Part shown: positions 19,811-29,304 of the stretch, piece after piece
How the letters are laid out: every line of letters starts with the position of its first letter
Numbering within the stretch: position 1 is the stretch's first letter
Source of the DNA: Bacteroidales bacterium UBA6828
GTDB lineage: Bacteria > Bacteroidota > Bacteroidia > Bacteroidales > Paludibacteraceae
DNA length: 64,000 nucleotides
Assembly (NCBI GenBank): GCA_002452095.1
Contig: DKEG01000026.1
Span: 442-64,441 of the forward strand
Reading direction: 5' to 3'
Program-made: the position numbers and the translations under genes
The notes under the pieces: model-generated
The model's input: the letters and a program-made list of their open reading frames with translations, nothing else
The model's database searches: none
Told to the model about the DNA's origin: nothing

Positions 19811-20614
19811 TTATTCCTTGGTTATTTTCTTTATCTCCTTGAGTATCTTGTCCGCTGCAGAACGGTGTTTCGATTCGGGATACTCTGTAATGAAACTATA
19901 GTATTCGTCCTGTGTATCGCGGGCGCGTTCCAATTTCTTGTCTTCGTATGAAATCAGCATTTGCTGATATTTGGCTTGTAGTATCAGCCAGTTCAACTCC
20001 TCCTGATACGAGTTGCTCGGATAGGTCTTTAGTGCATTCTTTGCCACAATCTCACAACTCAGATAGTTGTTGCCTAAATACGAACCGAGATTGTAATAGA
20101 GTTTCGCATTCAAATACTCTTTTTGCGCCAACTTGTCGTACATCTCGCCCATCTCGGTGTATGCCTGCTCGGCATAAGGACTGTCCGGATAGAGTTCTAC
20201 AAACTCGGTGAACGACTGTATCGCTTTGCGGGTAATTTCTTGGTCAAGACGTGCATCGGGAGAATCAAGATAATAGCAATGCCCCAGTTGGAAACGTGCC
20301 TCTATTGCGTATTTCCCTTTCGGGTAATTACGGATATAGGCTTGATAGTAATCGGCGGCAGAAGCATAGTCTTTCTGCCCCATATAACTGCGGGCCAAGT
20401 ATGCCAACACATCCTCGCTGCGCTCTGTCCCGCGATAGTACGATGCTATATCGTCCAACAGCGTCTGTGATTTTACATACTGCTTGTCGTTGAAATACTC
20501 CAAAGCCTTCTGGTATTTATAGTCCGCATCGGTTGATTTCAGTATCTTTTGGTACTCTCCGCAACTCGCGAAAAGCACACCAACCAGCAATATGACGAAA
20601 TACTTGTTCTTCAT
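19811..20614 (-). CDS. bamD: outer membrane protein assembly factor BamD (TPR lipoprotein)
   Basis: Lipoprotein signal MKNKYFVILLVGVLFASCG from the ATG at 20614 (ORF track 20722). The body has TPR-like repeats typical of the BamD/YfiO family. Confidence 0.85.
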   Translation of the reverse strand: MKNKYFVILLVGVLFASCGEYQKILKSTDADYKYQKALEYFNDKQYVKSQTLLDDIASYYRGTERSEDVLAYLARSYMGQKDYASAADYYQAYIRNYPKGKYAIEARFQLGHCYYLDSPDARLDQEITRKAIQSFTEFVELYPDSPYAEQAYTEMGEMYDKLAQKEYLNAKLYYNLGSYLGNNYLSCEIVAKNALKTYPSNSYQEELNWLILQAKYQQMLISYEDKKLERARDTQDEYYSFITEYPESKHRSAADKILKEIKKITKE

Positions 20615-20737
20615 TCTATGAAATGAGCCTGCAAAATTACATAAAAAAAACGAATTACGCAAGCAAAGCGCAATTTTCGTGCCAAAAGTCCTTCGCCTAT
20701 GTTGCAAGCCGCTTGTGGACATCCCCTGTTGGGTAAT

Positions 20738-21307
20738 TTATTTCTTTGCGTTGCGTATCTCGCTGCTGGAGATGTCAAAATAAGGAGCGTCTTTTAGGAA
20801 TACGACACATCGTATGTCTTGCCCCGTATCTTTCTTGACAGTGCTTGCCAATCGTTCGATAGTGCTGTTTATTGTGCATTGTGCATTATGCATTGTGCAT
20901 TGTTCCGTGTGTCTCGGATAGACAAACAGGCGGTAATGCGTGAGAATATATTCCCACTCGCGCCAGCGGTCGAAGATCATTAGATTGTCCTCGCCTATAA
21001 TCAGGGTAAAGGTATGTTCGGGATAAGCCTTGTCCAATGCACGGAGTGTGTCGGCAGTGTAACTCGGACGGGGCAACTGAAACTCAAAATCGGACGCCTG
21101 TACGTGCGGTATATCCGCAACGGCTTTCCGTACTTGCTCCAACCGTACCCGCTCATCGGCAAGAATGTGCTTGTCTTTCAGAGGGTTGCTTGGACTGACT
21201 ACCATCCATACCTCGTCCAAGTCGGTGTGCTCTGCCACCCACTTTACCAACCCCGTATGCCCGAAATGCACAGGATTGAAAGAACCGCTATAGATTCCGA
21301 TGTTCAA
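20738..21307 (-). CDS. nadD: nicotinate-nucleotide adenylyltransferase
   Basis: GIYSGSFNPVHFGHTGL carries the (H/T)xGH motif. It ends with a typical ISSSEIRN ATP-binding motif. It contains an internal heptamer-repeat-encoded segment, QCTMHNAQCTINS. Confidence 0.9.
   Translation of the reverse strand: MNIGIYSGSFNPVHFGHTGLVKWVAEHTDLDEVWMVVSPSNPLKDKHILADERVRLEQVRKAVADIPHVQASDFEFQLPRPSYTADTLRALDKAYPEHTFTLIIGEDNLMIFDRWREWEYILTHYRLFVYPRHTEQCTMHNAQCTINSTIERLASTVKKDTGQDIRCVVFLKDAPYFDISSSEIRNAKK
20870..20904. repeat. heptamer tract (5 units of CATTGTG/CATTATG type) inside nadD
   Basis: Read directly. It encodes CTMHNAQCTIN on the minus strand. Confidence 0.95.
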
Positions 21308-21371
21308 TTATTTCACTATAGTATCTGGCAAATTTCCGGTTCCCCTAGTTCTTCTAGTTTCCCTAGAATTT

Positions 21372-21941
21372 CTATAAATTCCCCTGTTCCCCGAGAAAAG
21401 CCGCTACTTCCTTGTCCAGTTGCTTCTCCGCAGAAGCAAGGTTGTTATTGACAATGATACAGTCGAAGTGCGGTGCGTCCTGCATCTCGGTGGCGGCTTT
21501 GGCAACGCGCTCTTCTATCTTTTCAGGGCTGTCGGTCGCACGACCGATCAAACGCTTTCGCAGTTCGTCCACCGATGGCGGAGCCACAAAGAACGACTTG
21601 GCACGGTCGCCGAAAATACGCTTCAGGTTAATCCCGCCTTTTACATCTACGTCAAACACCACATGGTGCCCCGCACCTTCTATACGCTCTATCTCGCTTT
21701 TGAGCGTACCGTAGTAGGTGCCGGAATAGACCTGTTCCCACTCTACCAACTTGCCCTCGGCTATCAGTTTCTCAAACTCCTGATTGCTCATAAAATAGTA
21801 TTCCCGTCCGTTCTGTTCCTGCCCGCGCGGTGCCCGCGTGGTGGCGGATATAGAAAATTCCAAGTCGTGTCGCTTGCCGAGCAGGTAATTCACCAGAGTC
21901 GATTTGCCCGCCCCGCTCGGAGCACTGAAAATCAAAATCAT
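21372..21941 (-). CDS. gmk: guanylate kinase
   Basis: P-loop SAPSGAGKST, SATTRAPRGQEQNGREYYF and the overall length all fit guanylate kinase. Confidence 0.95.
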   Translation of the reverse strand: MILIFSAPSGAGKSTLVNYLLGKRHDLEFSISATTRAPRGQEQNGREYYFMSNQEFEKLIAEGKLVEWEQVYSGTYYGTLKSEIERIEGAGHHVVFDVDVKGGINLKRIFGDRAKSFFVAPPSVDELRKRLIGRATDSPEKIEERVAKAATEMQDAPHFDCIIVNNNLASAEKQLDKEVAAFLGEQGNL

Positions 21942-21954
21942 AATTACGAATTAA

Positions 21955-21982
21955 AATTGTGCATTATGCATTAAGCATTGTT
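21955..21982. repeat. heptamer tract (AATTGTG CATTATG CATTAAG CATTGTT) spanning the gltX stop
   Basis: Read directly. It encodes the C-terminal TMLNA-stop. Confidence 0.9.
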
Positions 21983-23544
21983 AGTGCGGTGCGTACGCGG
22001 CGGAGCGTCTCCTCTTTGCCGAGAATATCGGTGATCGCCCAGATATGCGGACCGCGGGCGGCACCTACCAAGCAGATACGGAATGCATTCATTACAATAC
22101 CTACGCCGTACCCTTTCTCTTCAATCCACGGCATAACAAGCGCGTCCAATGCCTCTGCCGACCAGTCCTCCTGCGGCTCCAACAGAGCCAGCAACTCCCG
22201 CATATGTTGTGGGCTGTCCTCTTTCCAACGTTTTTTGAGCGACTTCTCGTCATACTCTGTGGGGGCTACAAAGAAGAAATTGGTCTGCTCCCATAGTTCG
22301 GGTACAAAATCCACACGGTCCTTCGTCAGACCGATAACCTTGGCTACTTTTTCTTTGAAAGCCTTTGCCGACTCGGCATTTCCCTCCTCCGAAGGAGGGG
22401 TTTGGGGAGGTCTTACCCCGTGCTGCGCCAATACGGGTATAAACAGGTCTGACAACTCGTCGTTGCTCTTTAGTTGCAGATACTGGTGGTTGAACCATTT
22501 GCCTTTTTCGTAGTCGAACTTCGCGCCCGATTTGCTGACGCGGTCAAGCGAGAACTGCTGTATCAGTTCGTCCATTGTGAACATCTCCTGGTCGCCTGTG
22601 TTGTGCCAACCGAGCAGAGCCAGAAAGTTGATGACCGCTTCGGGGAAATAGCCGCTTTCGCGGTAGCCCGAAGAGACGGTGCCGTCTTTTGGGTTGTGGA
22701 ACTCCAATGGAAATACGGGGAAACCAAGTCTGTCGCCGTCGCGTTTGCTCAGTTTGCCGTTGCCGTCGGGCTTCAAGAGCAGTGGCAGGTGGGCAAATTG
22801 CGGCATCGTGTCCGCCCAACCGAACGCGCGGTATAGCAGTACATGGAGCGGTGCCGAGGGCAGCCACTCTTCGCCACGGATGACGTGTGTAATCTCCATT
22901 AGGTGGTCGTCCACAATGTTCGCCAAGTGGTAGGTGGGCAGGTCGTCTGCCGACTTATACAGCACTTTGTCGTCCAATATGTTCGAGTTGATAACCACCT
23001 CGCCGCGTATCAGGTCGTGTACGTGTACATCTTCGTTGGGCTCTACCAAGAAACGCACCACATACTTGTCGCCGCGGGCGATACGGGCTTCCACTTCCTC
23101 TTTGGGCATCGTGAGCGAATTGACCATCTGCTCGCGTGTGCGTGCGTCATATTGGAAATTAGGTATTTCCGCACGCTTTGCCTCCAACTCTTCGGGGGTG
23201 TCGAAAGCGATATACGCATGTCCCGAGTCGAGCAGTTGCTTTACGTATTGGTGGTAAATCTCGCGGCGTTCGCTCTGGCGGTATGGTCCGTGCGCCCCTT
23301 TGCCATTGGGGGCGTCTTTGCAGATGCCTTCGTCAATCTCGATACCGAGCCAGTCAAGGGCTTCGGTGATATATTCCTCGGCTCCGGGAACGAAGCGGGT
23401 GGAGTCGGTATCCTCAATACGCAGCAGCATCACACCGCCGTGCTGACGGGCAAAAAGGTAGTTGTACAATGCGGTACGTACACCGCCGATATGCAATGCC
23501 CCGGTGGGACTGGGGGCAAAACGAACACGAACCATATCTATCAA
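21964..23544 (-). CDS. gltX: glutamate--tRNA ligase
   Basis: [14 protein letters not shown] (HIGH motif), LLRIEDTD and GKLSKRDG (KMSKS motif). 526 aa, including a probable repeat-derived insertion, [12 protein letters not shown]. Confidence 0.95.
   Translation of the reverse strand: MIDMVRVRFAPSPTGALHIGGVRTALYNYLFARQHGGVMLLRIEDTDSTRFVPGAEEYITEALDWLGIEIDEGICKDAPNGKGAHGPYRQSERREIYHQYVKQLLDSGHAYIAFDTPEELEAKRAEIPNFQYDARTREQMVNSLTMPKEEVEARIARGDKYVVRFLVEPNEDVHVHDLIRGEVVINSNILDDKVLYKSADDLPTYHLANIVDDHLMEITHVIRGEEWLPSAPLHVLLYRAFGWADTMPQFAHLPLLLKPDGNGKLSKRDGDRLGFPVFPLEFHNPKDGTVSSGYRESGYFPEAVINFLALLGWHNTGDQEMFTMDELIQQFSLDRVSKSGAKFDYEKGKWFNHQYLQLKSNDELSDLFIPVLAQHGVRPPQTPPSEEGNAESAKAFKEKVAKVIGLTKDRVDFVPELWEQTNFFFVAPTEYDEKSLKKRWKEDSPQHMRELLALLEPQEDWSAEALDALVMPWIEEKGYGVGIVMNAFRICLVGAARGPHIWAITDILGKEETLRRVRTALTMLNA
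22381..22412 (-). repeat. GACCTCCCCAAACCCCTCC-loop-GGAGGAGGGA hairpin element inside gltX
   Basis: The reverse complement of 22381-22412 matches 49307-49336 and 53635-53664. It is translated in gltX as [12 protein letters not shown]. Confidence 0.8.
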
Positions 23545-23821
23545 TTTTCTAATTCAGTCTGTTTGTTAATTAGCCCGCAAAGTTACAACAATTTTCTGAT
23601 ATGCGCAACAACACTGTGTTTTGTTCGTATGCATTCGGCTGATAGCGGCGCACAATGCCATTGTGTGCGCAGCCGGCATCCCACTGCGCGTTGCTTGCGG
23701 AAGCCCTGTAGCACGCGCCGTTATCAGCCGCCTGTGTGAATCCCCTGCACACCCGAACCTAATCAAAAATAGGGATATGTTTTACTGATAATTCGGGATT
23801 GCAGGACTAATGACCCGGATG

Positions 23822-23829
23822 TACCTTTG
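23822..23829 (+). promoter_or_regulatory. candidate Bacteroidota -7 box (TAccTTTG) upstream of the 1575-aa gene
   Basis: Matches the TAnnTTTG consensus and lies about 115 nt before the ATG at 23946. This is the only evidence. Confidence 0.3.
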
Positions 23830-23945
23830 TATTGGATTATGGAGGTACTTTTTGCTGTACATAGCGCAGTCTGAAAGCACTTGGCACACCCTCAACTGAA
23901 ATGTAAAAATATAATCATATTCATTAACAAAACCCCTGTTTTTTT

Positions 23946-26900
23946 ATGAGAAGAAACAAACTCTTTCTGCTCTTGTCCGCTGGCTTACTTGCCTTCGGAA
24001 TGAGTGCGCAGACCACTGCGGTGCCTTATTCCACGGGTTTCGAAGACGCTACGGACAATGCGCAATGGCAACTTTCGGAAGGCAACACCGTCAATCGCTG
24101 GTATATAGGCAGTGCTGCTCCCAAAGATGGAACCAATGCCTTGTATATCAGCAACGACAACGGCGAACACAATGCGTACAGCAACCGCGACTATACCACG
24201 GCATTCGCATATCGCACCTTTCAATTCGATGCATGGGACTATATCGTAAGTTTCGATTGGAAAGCCACAGGCGAAAGCAAATTCGATCTTATGCAGGTCT
24301 TGGTGCTGCCCGCCGATGTCAGCCTTGCAGGTGCCAACAGCAATAGGGTAGATTTGGGAACTTTAAGCAATTTTGATGTCAATACCACTGCCGACAAAAT
24401 GGCGCAGGCAGGCTACATCCGTCTCCAAAGCACCAATCCGAGCAAGGCTGCTTACCCGTGGATGTTCAATCAGACCGCCTCGTGGCAGAGCGAGTCTGTC
24501 GAAATCAGTATCCCTACAAAAGGTGATTACAACCTGGTTTTTGTCTGGCAAAACGACGGCAGTAGCGGCGATAACCCGCCTGCTGCCGTAGATAATTTGT
24601 CTATTAGCCGCAAAGCCTGCGCCAACCTGCAAGACCTGAATATCACAGGCATTACCGCATCTTCGGCAACGCTCTCTTGGGCGGCTCTCGAAGATGTCGT
24701 GGGCTACGACTATATCGTTGCGCCCGCTACAGGGACTATCACCGACGCACAGGCACAGCGCACCGCCGCTACTTCGGTCAGTATCAGCCGACTCACAGCC
24801 AACACCACCTATATTGCTTACGTGCGTGCGGTATGCGAGGCGGGACCCGGTGTATGGAAACAGGCATCTTTCCATACCGATTGTGAGGCACTGCCAATCC
24901 CCTATACCGAGAATTTCGACGGCAGTCTGCCTGACGGCAATTATGTGATGCCCTATTGCTGGCATAGGATAGCATATAATGGCAAATATCCGTATGTGTT
25001 TGTAGATGACAATAATATGAATTTGGCACACAGCGGGAGCAATTTCCTCTATTTCTACGGAGGCACCACCAATTCTGTGCAATATGCCGTTTTGCCTTCC
25101 TGTGTAGAGAAAGCCAACCGCCTGATGCTTTCGTTCTATTATAAAAACAAGGACGCAGGACCCAACTACGGCAAGGTGATTGTCGGCGTGATGAGCGACT
25201 ACACCGATGTTTCCACGTTTGTGCCGCTGGATACGTTCCCTGTAACCACCGTCTATACGCAAACCAAGACCTATCTGAGCAACGCCCCCGATACGCACAA
25301 CTATATCGCTATCCGATATGACGATGGCGAGCGGGACGGATATGTCTATATTGACGATGTGGAACTGCGCTACCTCCCCACGTGCATTCCCCCGCAAAAC
25401 CTGCATATCGGCAATATCACCACCACAAGTGCCGACCTCCTTTGGCAGGCAGGCAAAGAGGAAACCGCTTGGTTGGTGCGTTATGCCGTATCGGGTAGCA
25501 CCGATACCCTGACCACCCGCGTGTCCGACACCCCCGCACTTACTGTCAGCGGTTTGACCCACTCTTCGCTTTACTCCTATTGGGTAAGTATCCAAGCCGA
25601 TTGCGGCGACGGCGACCTGTCAGATGCTGTGGAAACCACTCTCTCCTTTGCTACCGAGTGCGCACCGTTCCAAACGAAGAACGACTCTATCCTGTTCAAT
25701 TTTGAACCCTACAGCACGGGACAATCCTTTGAGGATATTCCTTGTTGGGACACCTTCAAAGGCACGGGCAACTCGTCCTACCGCTGGAAAGTGCAGTCCG
25801 GTACTGCCCATTCGGGGAGTATGTATGCGCTCATCAGCAATCAGAACGACACCACCTCATCGGTCGTCTTGGTAACCCCGCAGACAGAAATCCCTGATGG
25901 CTCGGAACTGAGTTTCTACAGCCGCAGCGGATACCCGAATAGTTCCACACGCCACGACCGCTTGGTCGTCTATGTGAATAATCAGCCTGCCTTGGAGGGG
26001 GCTACCCGCTTGGGCGAAGTGCGCAACCTGACCAACACCTACCGTTTCACGCGTTTCAGCCTGCCCGTCCGTGGCAAACAGTATATCCTCATCGAGGCAT
26101 ACAACTATGGTTCGATTTATGTGGACGACATTCTCATTTCCCCCGAACCTGCCTGCTTGCCGCCTACCAACCTGCGTGTGTATGCCACCAATGCGCATAG
26201 CACCACTATTACGTGGAACTCGGGTAAGAATGAGACACAATGGCTCGTTAGTGTGGACAACCATAAGGATATTTATGTGGAGGACGAATTGGTGGAAGGC
26301 ACACCATTCTATACCATTGAGGATTTGCCCTCTTCTACCAAAGATACCGTTTATGTCAAAGTGCAATCGATGTGCGATGAGAGTTCCTTGTCGAAAACGG
26401 CAGAGGGCACCCTGGTCTTCACCACCGCTTGCGAACCTGCGGACTATGCTGCGGCACAAGCGGGCGACACGCTGCTGGTATGCGGCTTTGAAGTGAGTGG
26501 CGATGACGAATCCTTTGTCAGCGGTTGGGACTCGGTGGCGCACAACTGCTGGACGAACCGCCAAATAGGTTACACCGGCTTTTATGCCCCTACGACACCT
26601 ATCATCTGGCAGGTGCAAACCTCCAATGCACACACTGGCGAACAGGCTCTGGTATTGCCGCCCAATAGTTCCTATCAACCGATTACCATTCTTGCCTTGC
26701 CGGGTATGGTGCTTGCCGAGGGTGCGGAATTGGAACTTTCCTTCTGGAGCAAAAAAGGTCAGGCATATTATGGCAAGACCCTCGACAGTATCGAGGTATA
26801 TCTCAACAGCGCACCTTCTATGGCAGGCGCAACACGCATCGGCACCACGGGACTCATAGGGGAGACATATACCAAATATACTTTCGACCCCATATCGGCA

Positions 26901-28673
26901 CGTGCCGGCTTGAACTATCTCATCTTACGCTGTGAGCACCCGAGCGGCTACACCGATCTCTATCTCGATGACATCGCTGTGCGCCTTCTCCCCGACTGCC
27001 GCAAAGTACGAAATGTGGAGATTGCCGGTATCACACCCCATACTGCTACCCTGCAATGGACACCAGGCAACCGCGAAACGGCTTGGCAGGTGGTCGTAGC
27101 CGACGGCACGGATACCCTTCTCAACACCCGTACCGAACAGCCTTTAATAACGCTCCAACCGTTGCAATCGGGAACAAAATACACCCTTGATATTACAATC
27201 AAAGCCCTTTGCGACGGTGTCGAAGCCGCTGAGTACTACCACGCTGCGCATACCTTCCTTACCGAATGTGAACCCATTGCCGACTACCCGTGGAGCGAGA
27301 CTTTCGAGACCGTTCCTTCCGGCGATGACATCTTCGAAGTACCCGTATGCTGGAATATCCTCGGGGCAAACCAAGGCGGCAACACCTCTGTCTATGTTAC
27401 CGGTTCTATTGCTGCGCACGAGGGTACCAAGGGGCTTACGCTCAAGACCACTGACGCGTATGATGCGGCGGCTTTTGCTATCCTTCCGCAGGTGAAAACA
27501 GGAAATGAACTGGTATTCTGGTACAAGAGCAACTATGTCAACAAACCGATAGAAGTGGGTTATCTCACCGACCCCGCCGACTCCACCACGTGGCATCGTA
27601 TTGCCGAATATAGCGGTACCACCACTTGGACGCGCGTCATCCTTACGCTTGCGGCTTCCGCCGATGTGCTGCAGCCGTATTACGGTTTCCGCTATGCACC
27701 TAACTATACGTATTCCAGTCAGGTATATATCGACGATGTCGCCGTTTATGCCCCCTCACCGTGTCCTCTCCCTGCTAATATCCATATAGTGGATTCGCTG
27801 GCTACACAGCAGAGCGCAACCATGGCTTGGTCGGGCAGCGCAGACAATGGCTATACCGTTACCTTCTGCGGTGCAGACACCGTTACCCTGCAGACACCTG
27901 ACACCTTCTGTGTCTTGGACGGACTGCAACCTGCCACCCGCTATGCCTATACGGTCAAAGTGCTGGCACACTGTCTGGCAGGCGATGCATTCGATGTTCA
28001 GTCCGAACAACTGATGTTCTCCACTGCTTGCGCAACCGTCAGCGAGTTCCCGTGGGAAGTGGATTTTGAAAATTTCACTATAGGCAACGTCAACCAGTCC
28101 TGCTGGCTCAATGAGCATGTGTCGGGCTATGGCACGTATCTGTTCTCGGTTTATCAGTCCGCTTGGGGTGTCAATAATAATAACACCAATGTGCTCAAAC
28201 TGACCGACCAAAGCGGCACTACCTACACCCGTCTAGTACTGCCCGAAATGGATATCCCCGTCGCAGGAGGTTACGATTTCGGACTTTCTGTCTGGCGCCG
28301 TTCCATGCCCTATATTCCTGCCGAGGGAGTCTATATCCTTGCCGGAACGGATACATTGGCCTTCATTCCGCACAACTGTTCTACGGTCGGCACCAACATC
28401 CCCGCCGAAACGGAAAGCAATTGGTACACCTATACGTTCACTCTGCCCAATAGCGGCGTACAGCACATTGCCCTCCTCGGACGTAACGAGAACGGCAACG
28501 ACATCTATATGGACAATCTCTTTGTGCGCAGCAACGGCAAAGTGCCGACCTCTTTGCCTGCTACGGATACTTCCAACGCTGCGGCTCGGAAAATCATCCG
28601 CAACGGACAAGTCTATATCCTCCATCGCGGCAAAACCTACAACCTCCTCGGCGAACAGGTAAAAAATAAATAA
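23946..28673 (+). CDS. giant modular surface protein (5 FN3 units alternating with about 200-aa beta-sandwich-like modules), paralog 1
   Basis: 1575 aa with a signal peptide. It has five FN3-like units, each starting C-x(4-6)-L/I...T-x-x-S-A-x-L/I-x-W. The C-terminal tail is KIIRNGQVYILHRGKTYNLLGEQV. The N-terminal module aligns by eye with the 29495 gene. Confidence 0.85.
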   Translation: MRRNKLFLLLSAGLLAFGMSAQTTAVPYSTGFEDATDNAQWQLSEGNTVNRWYIGSAAPKDGTNALYISNDNGEHNAYSNRDYTTAFAYRTFQFDAWDYIVSFDWKATGESKFDLMQVLVLPADVSLAGANSNRVDLGTLSNFDVNTTADKMAQAGYIRLQSTNPSKAAYPWMFNQTASWQSESVEISIPTKGDYNLVFVWQNDGSSGDNPPAAVDNLSISRKACANLQDLNITGITASSATLSWAALEDVVGYDYIVAPATGTITDAQAQRTAATSVSISRLTANTTYIAYVRAVCEAGPGVWKQASFHTDCEALPIPYTENFDGSLPDGNYVMPYCWHRIAYNGKYPYVFVDDNNMNLAHSGSNFLYFYGGTTNSVQYAVLPSCVEKANRLMLSFYYKNKDAGPNYGKVIVGVMSDYTDVSTFVPLDTFPVTTVYTQTKTYLSNAPDTHNYIAIRYDDGERDGYVYIDDVELRYLPTCIPPQNLHIGNITTTSADLLWQAGKEETAWLVRYAVSGSTDTLTTRVSDTPALTVSGLTHSSLYSYWVSIQADCGDGDLSDAVETTLSFATECAPFQTKNDSILFNFEPYSTGQSFEDIPCWDTFKGTGNSSYRWKVQSGTAHSGSMYALISNQNDTTSSVVLVTPQTEIPDGSELSFYSRSGYPNSSTRHDRLVVYVNNQPALEGATRLGEVRNLTNTYRFTRFSLPVRGKQYILIEAYNYGSIYVDDILISPEPACLPPTNLRVYATNAHSTTITWNSGKNETQWLVSVDNHKDIYVEDELVEGTPFYTIEDLPSSTKDTVYVKVQSMCDESSLSKTAEGTLVFTTACEPADYAAAQAGDTLLVCGFEVSGDDESFVSGWDSVAHNCWTNRQIGYTGFYAPTTPIIWQVQTSNAHTGEQALVLPPNSSYQPITILALPGMVLAEGAELELSFWSKKGQAYYGKTLDSIEVYLNSAPSMAGATRIGTTGLIGETYTKYTFDPISARAGLNYLILRCEHPSGYTDLYLDDIAVRLLPDCRKVRNVEIAGITPHTATLQWTPGNRETAWQVVVADGTDTLLNTRTEQPLITLQPLQSGTKYTLDITIKALCDGVEAAEYYHAAHTFLTECEPIADYPWSETFETVPSGDDIFEVPVCWNILGANQGGNTSVYVTGSIAAHEGTKGLTLKTTDAYDAAAFAILPQVKTGNELVFWYKSNYVNKPIEVGYLTDPADSTTWHRIAEYSGTTTWTRVILTLAASADVLQPYYGFRYAPNYTYSSQVYIDDVAVYAPSPCPLPANIHIVDSLATQQSATMAWSGSADNGYTVTFCGADTVTLQTPDTFCVLDGLQPATRYAYTVKVLAHCLAGDAFDVQSEQLMFSTACATVSEFPWEVDFENFTIGNVNQSCWLNEHVSGYGTYLFSVYQSAWGVNNNNTNVLKLTDQSGTTYTRLVLPEMDIPVAGGYDFGLSVWRRSMPYIPAEGVYILAGTDTLAFIPHNCSTVGTNIPAETESNWYTYTFTLPNSGVQHIALLGRNENGNDIYMDNLFVRSNGKVPTSLPATDTSNAAARKIIRNGQVYILHRGKTYNLLGEQVKNK

Positions 28674-28792
28674 AGAAATGTACAGAATAAAGATAAAGAA
28701 GTGTACAGAATAAAGACAGAATAAAGATAAAGAAATGTACAGAATAAAGACAGAATAAAGACAGAATAAAGATAAAGAAATGTACAGAATAA
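28672..28792. repeat. 11-nt periodic tandem array (about 11 units; acagaataaag / ataaagaaatg)
   Basis: It starts at the stop codon of the 1575-aa gene. Nested pattern: a 22-nt unit followed by 0, 1, then 2 extra 11-mers. Confidence 0.9.
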
Positions 28793-28821
28793 GTTAGTTC
28801 ATATAGTAAAAACTATTGCAA

Positions 28822-28858
28822 AGCGGCTGCCTGAAAACCCTCAGACAGCCGCTTTTTT
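28822..28858 (+). terminator. rho-independent terminator of the 1575-aa gene
   Basis: AGCGGCTGCCTGA-aaaccc-TCAGACAGCCGCT is a 13-bp stem with one mismatch, followed by T6. Confidence 0.8.
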
Positions 28859-28860
28859 AT

Positions 28861-28920
28861 CCTCTCACCCCCTCCTCTCACCCCCTTCTCTCACCCCCCT
28901 TCTCTCACCCCCCTCCTCTC
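28861..28920. repeat. C-rich tandem repeat (tctcaccccc-type, 13-14 nt units, about 4 copies)
   Basis: Read directly: cctctcaccccctcctctcacccccttctctcaccccccttctctcacccccctcctctc. Confidence 0.85.
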
Positions 28921-29031
28921 AAATACTCCTCTAAACACTCCGTTTGGTTTCCGTTTACCTTCGTGCTGATAAGCATAGGTGATTCTTAGGTGATTCACCT
29001 GTCAATCCCTTATGAGTACTGCCATTCCATC

Positions 29032-29074
29032 GGGGACGCGGACGCCCCGTCCGCGGTCGGTTTGCCACAAACCG
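29032..29074. repeat. GC-rich double-hairpin (REP-like) element, copy 1
   Basis: GGGGA-CGCGGAC-gcccc-GTCCGCG followed by T-CGGTTTG-cca-CAAACCG. The same element occurs at 61376-61463, and a diverged copy lies inside mod at 49338-49381. Confidence 0.8.
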
Positions 29075-29198
29075 TATGACTATGCTATGTATGGGAGACG
29101 TGAAGCGTAAGGCAGGTGTGCGCACCGAAGCACCACAAATCCCCTTCAACCGAGCAGAACTCCCTATCACCCCGCATCGTTGTCACCTTCGCCGAACT

Positions 29199-29304
29199 AT
29201 ATATACGTTTCAATATGTCTTTTTAATAACACTTAAATGTTATTTTGATGCCGATTGTATTATTTTTCCATTGTCCCGTTACTATTTTTGATGCGGTTGC
29301 CCTG
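29199..29304. repeat. conserved upstream element, copy B
   Basis: See copy A. It lies 190 nt upstream of the 1849-aa gene and is followed immediately by TAtaTTTG (29305-29312). Confidence 0.75.

Noticed and set aside
24363-26678. Minus-strand ORFs of 410 and 273 aa inside the 1575-aa gene, and similar ones at 30248-31156, 31715-32596, 32678-33583 and 34298-34978 inside its paralog.
   Set aside because: These are the same antisense-shadow pattern. The plus-strand reading frames are supported by paralogy and the repeated FN3 boundaries.
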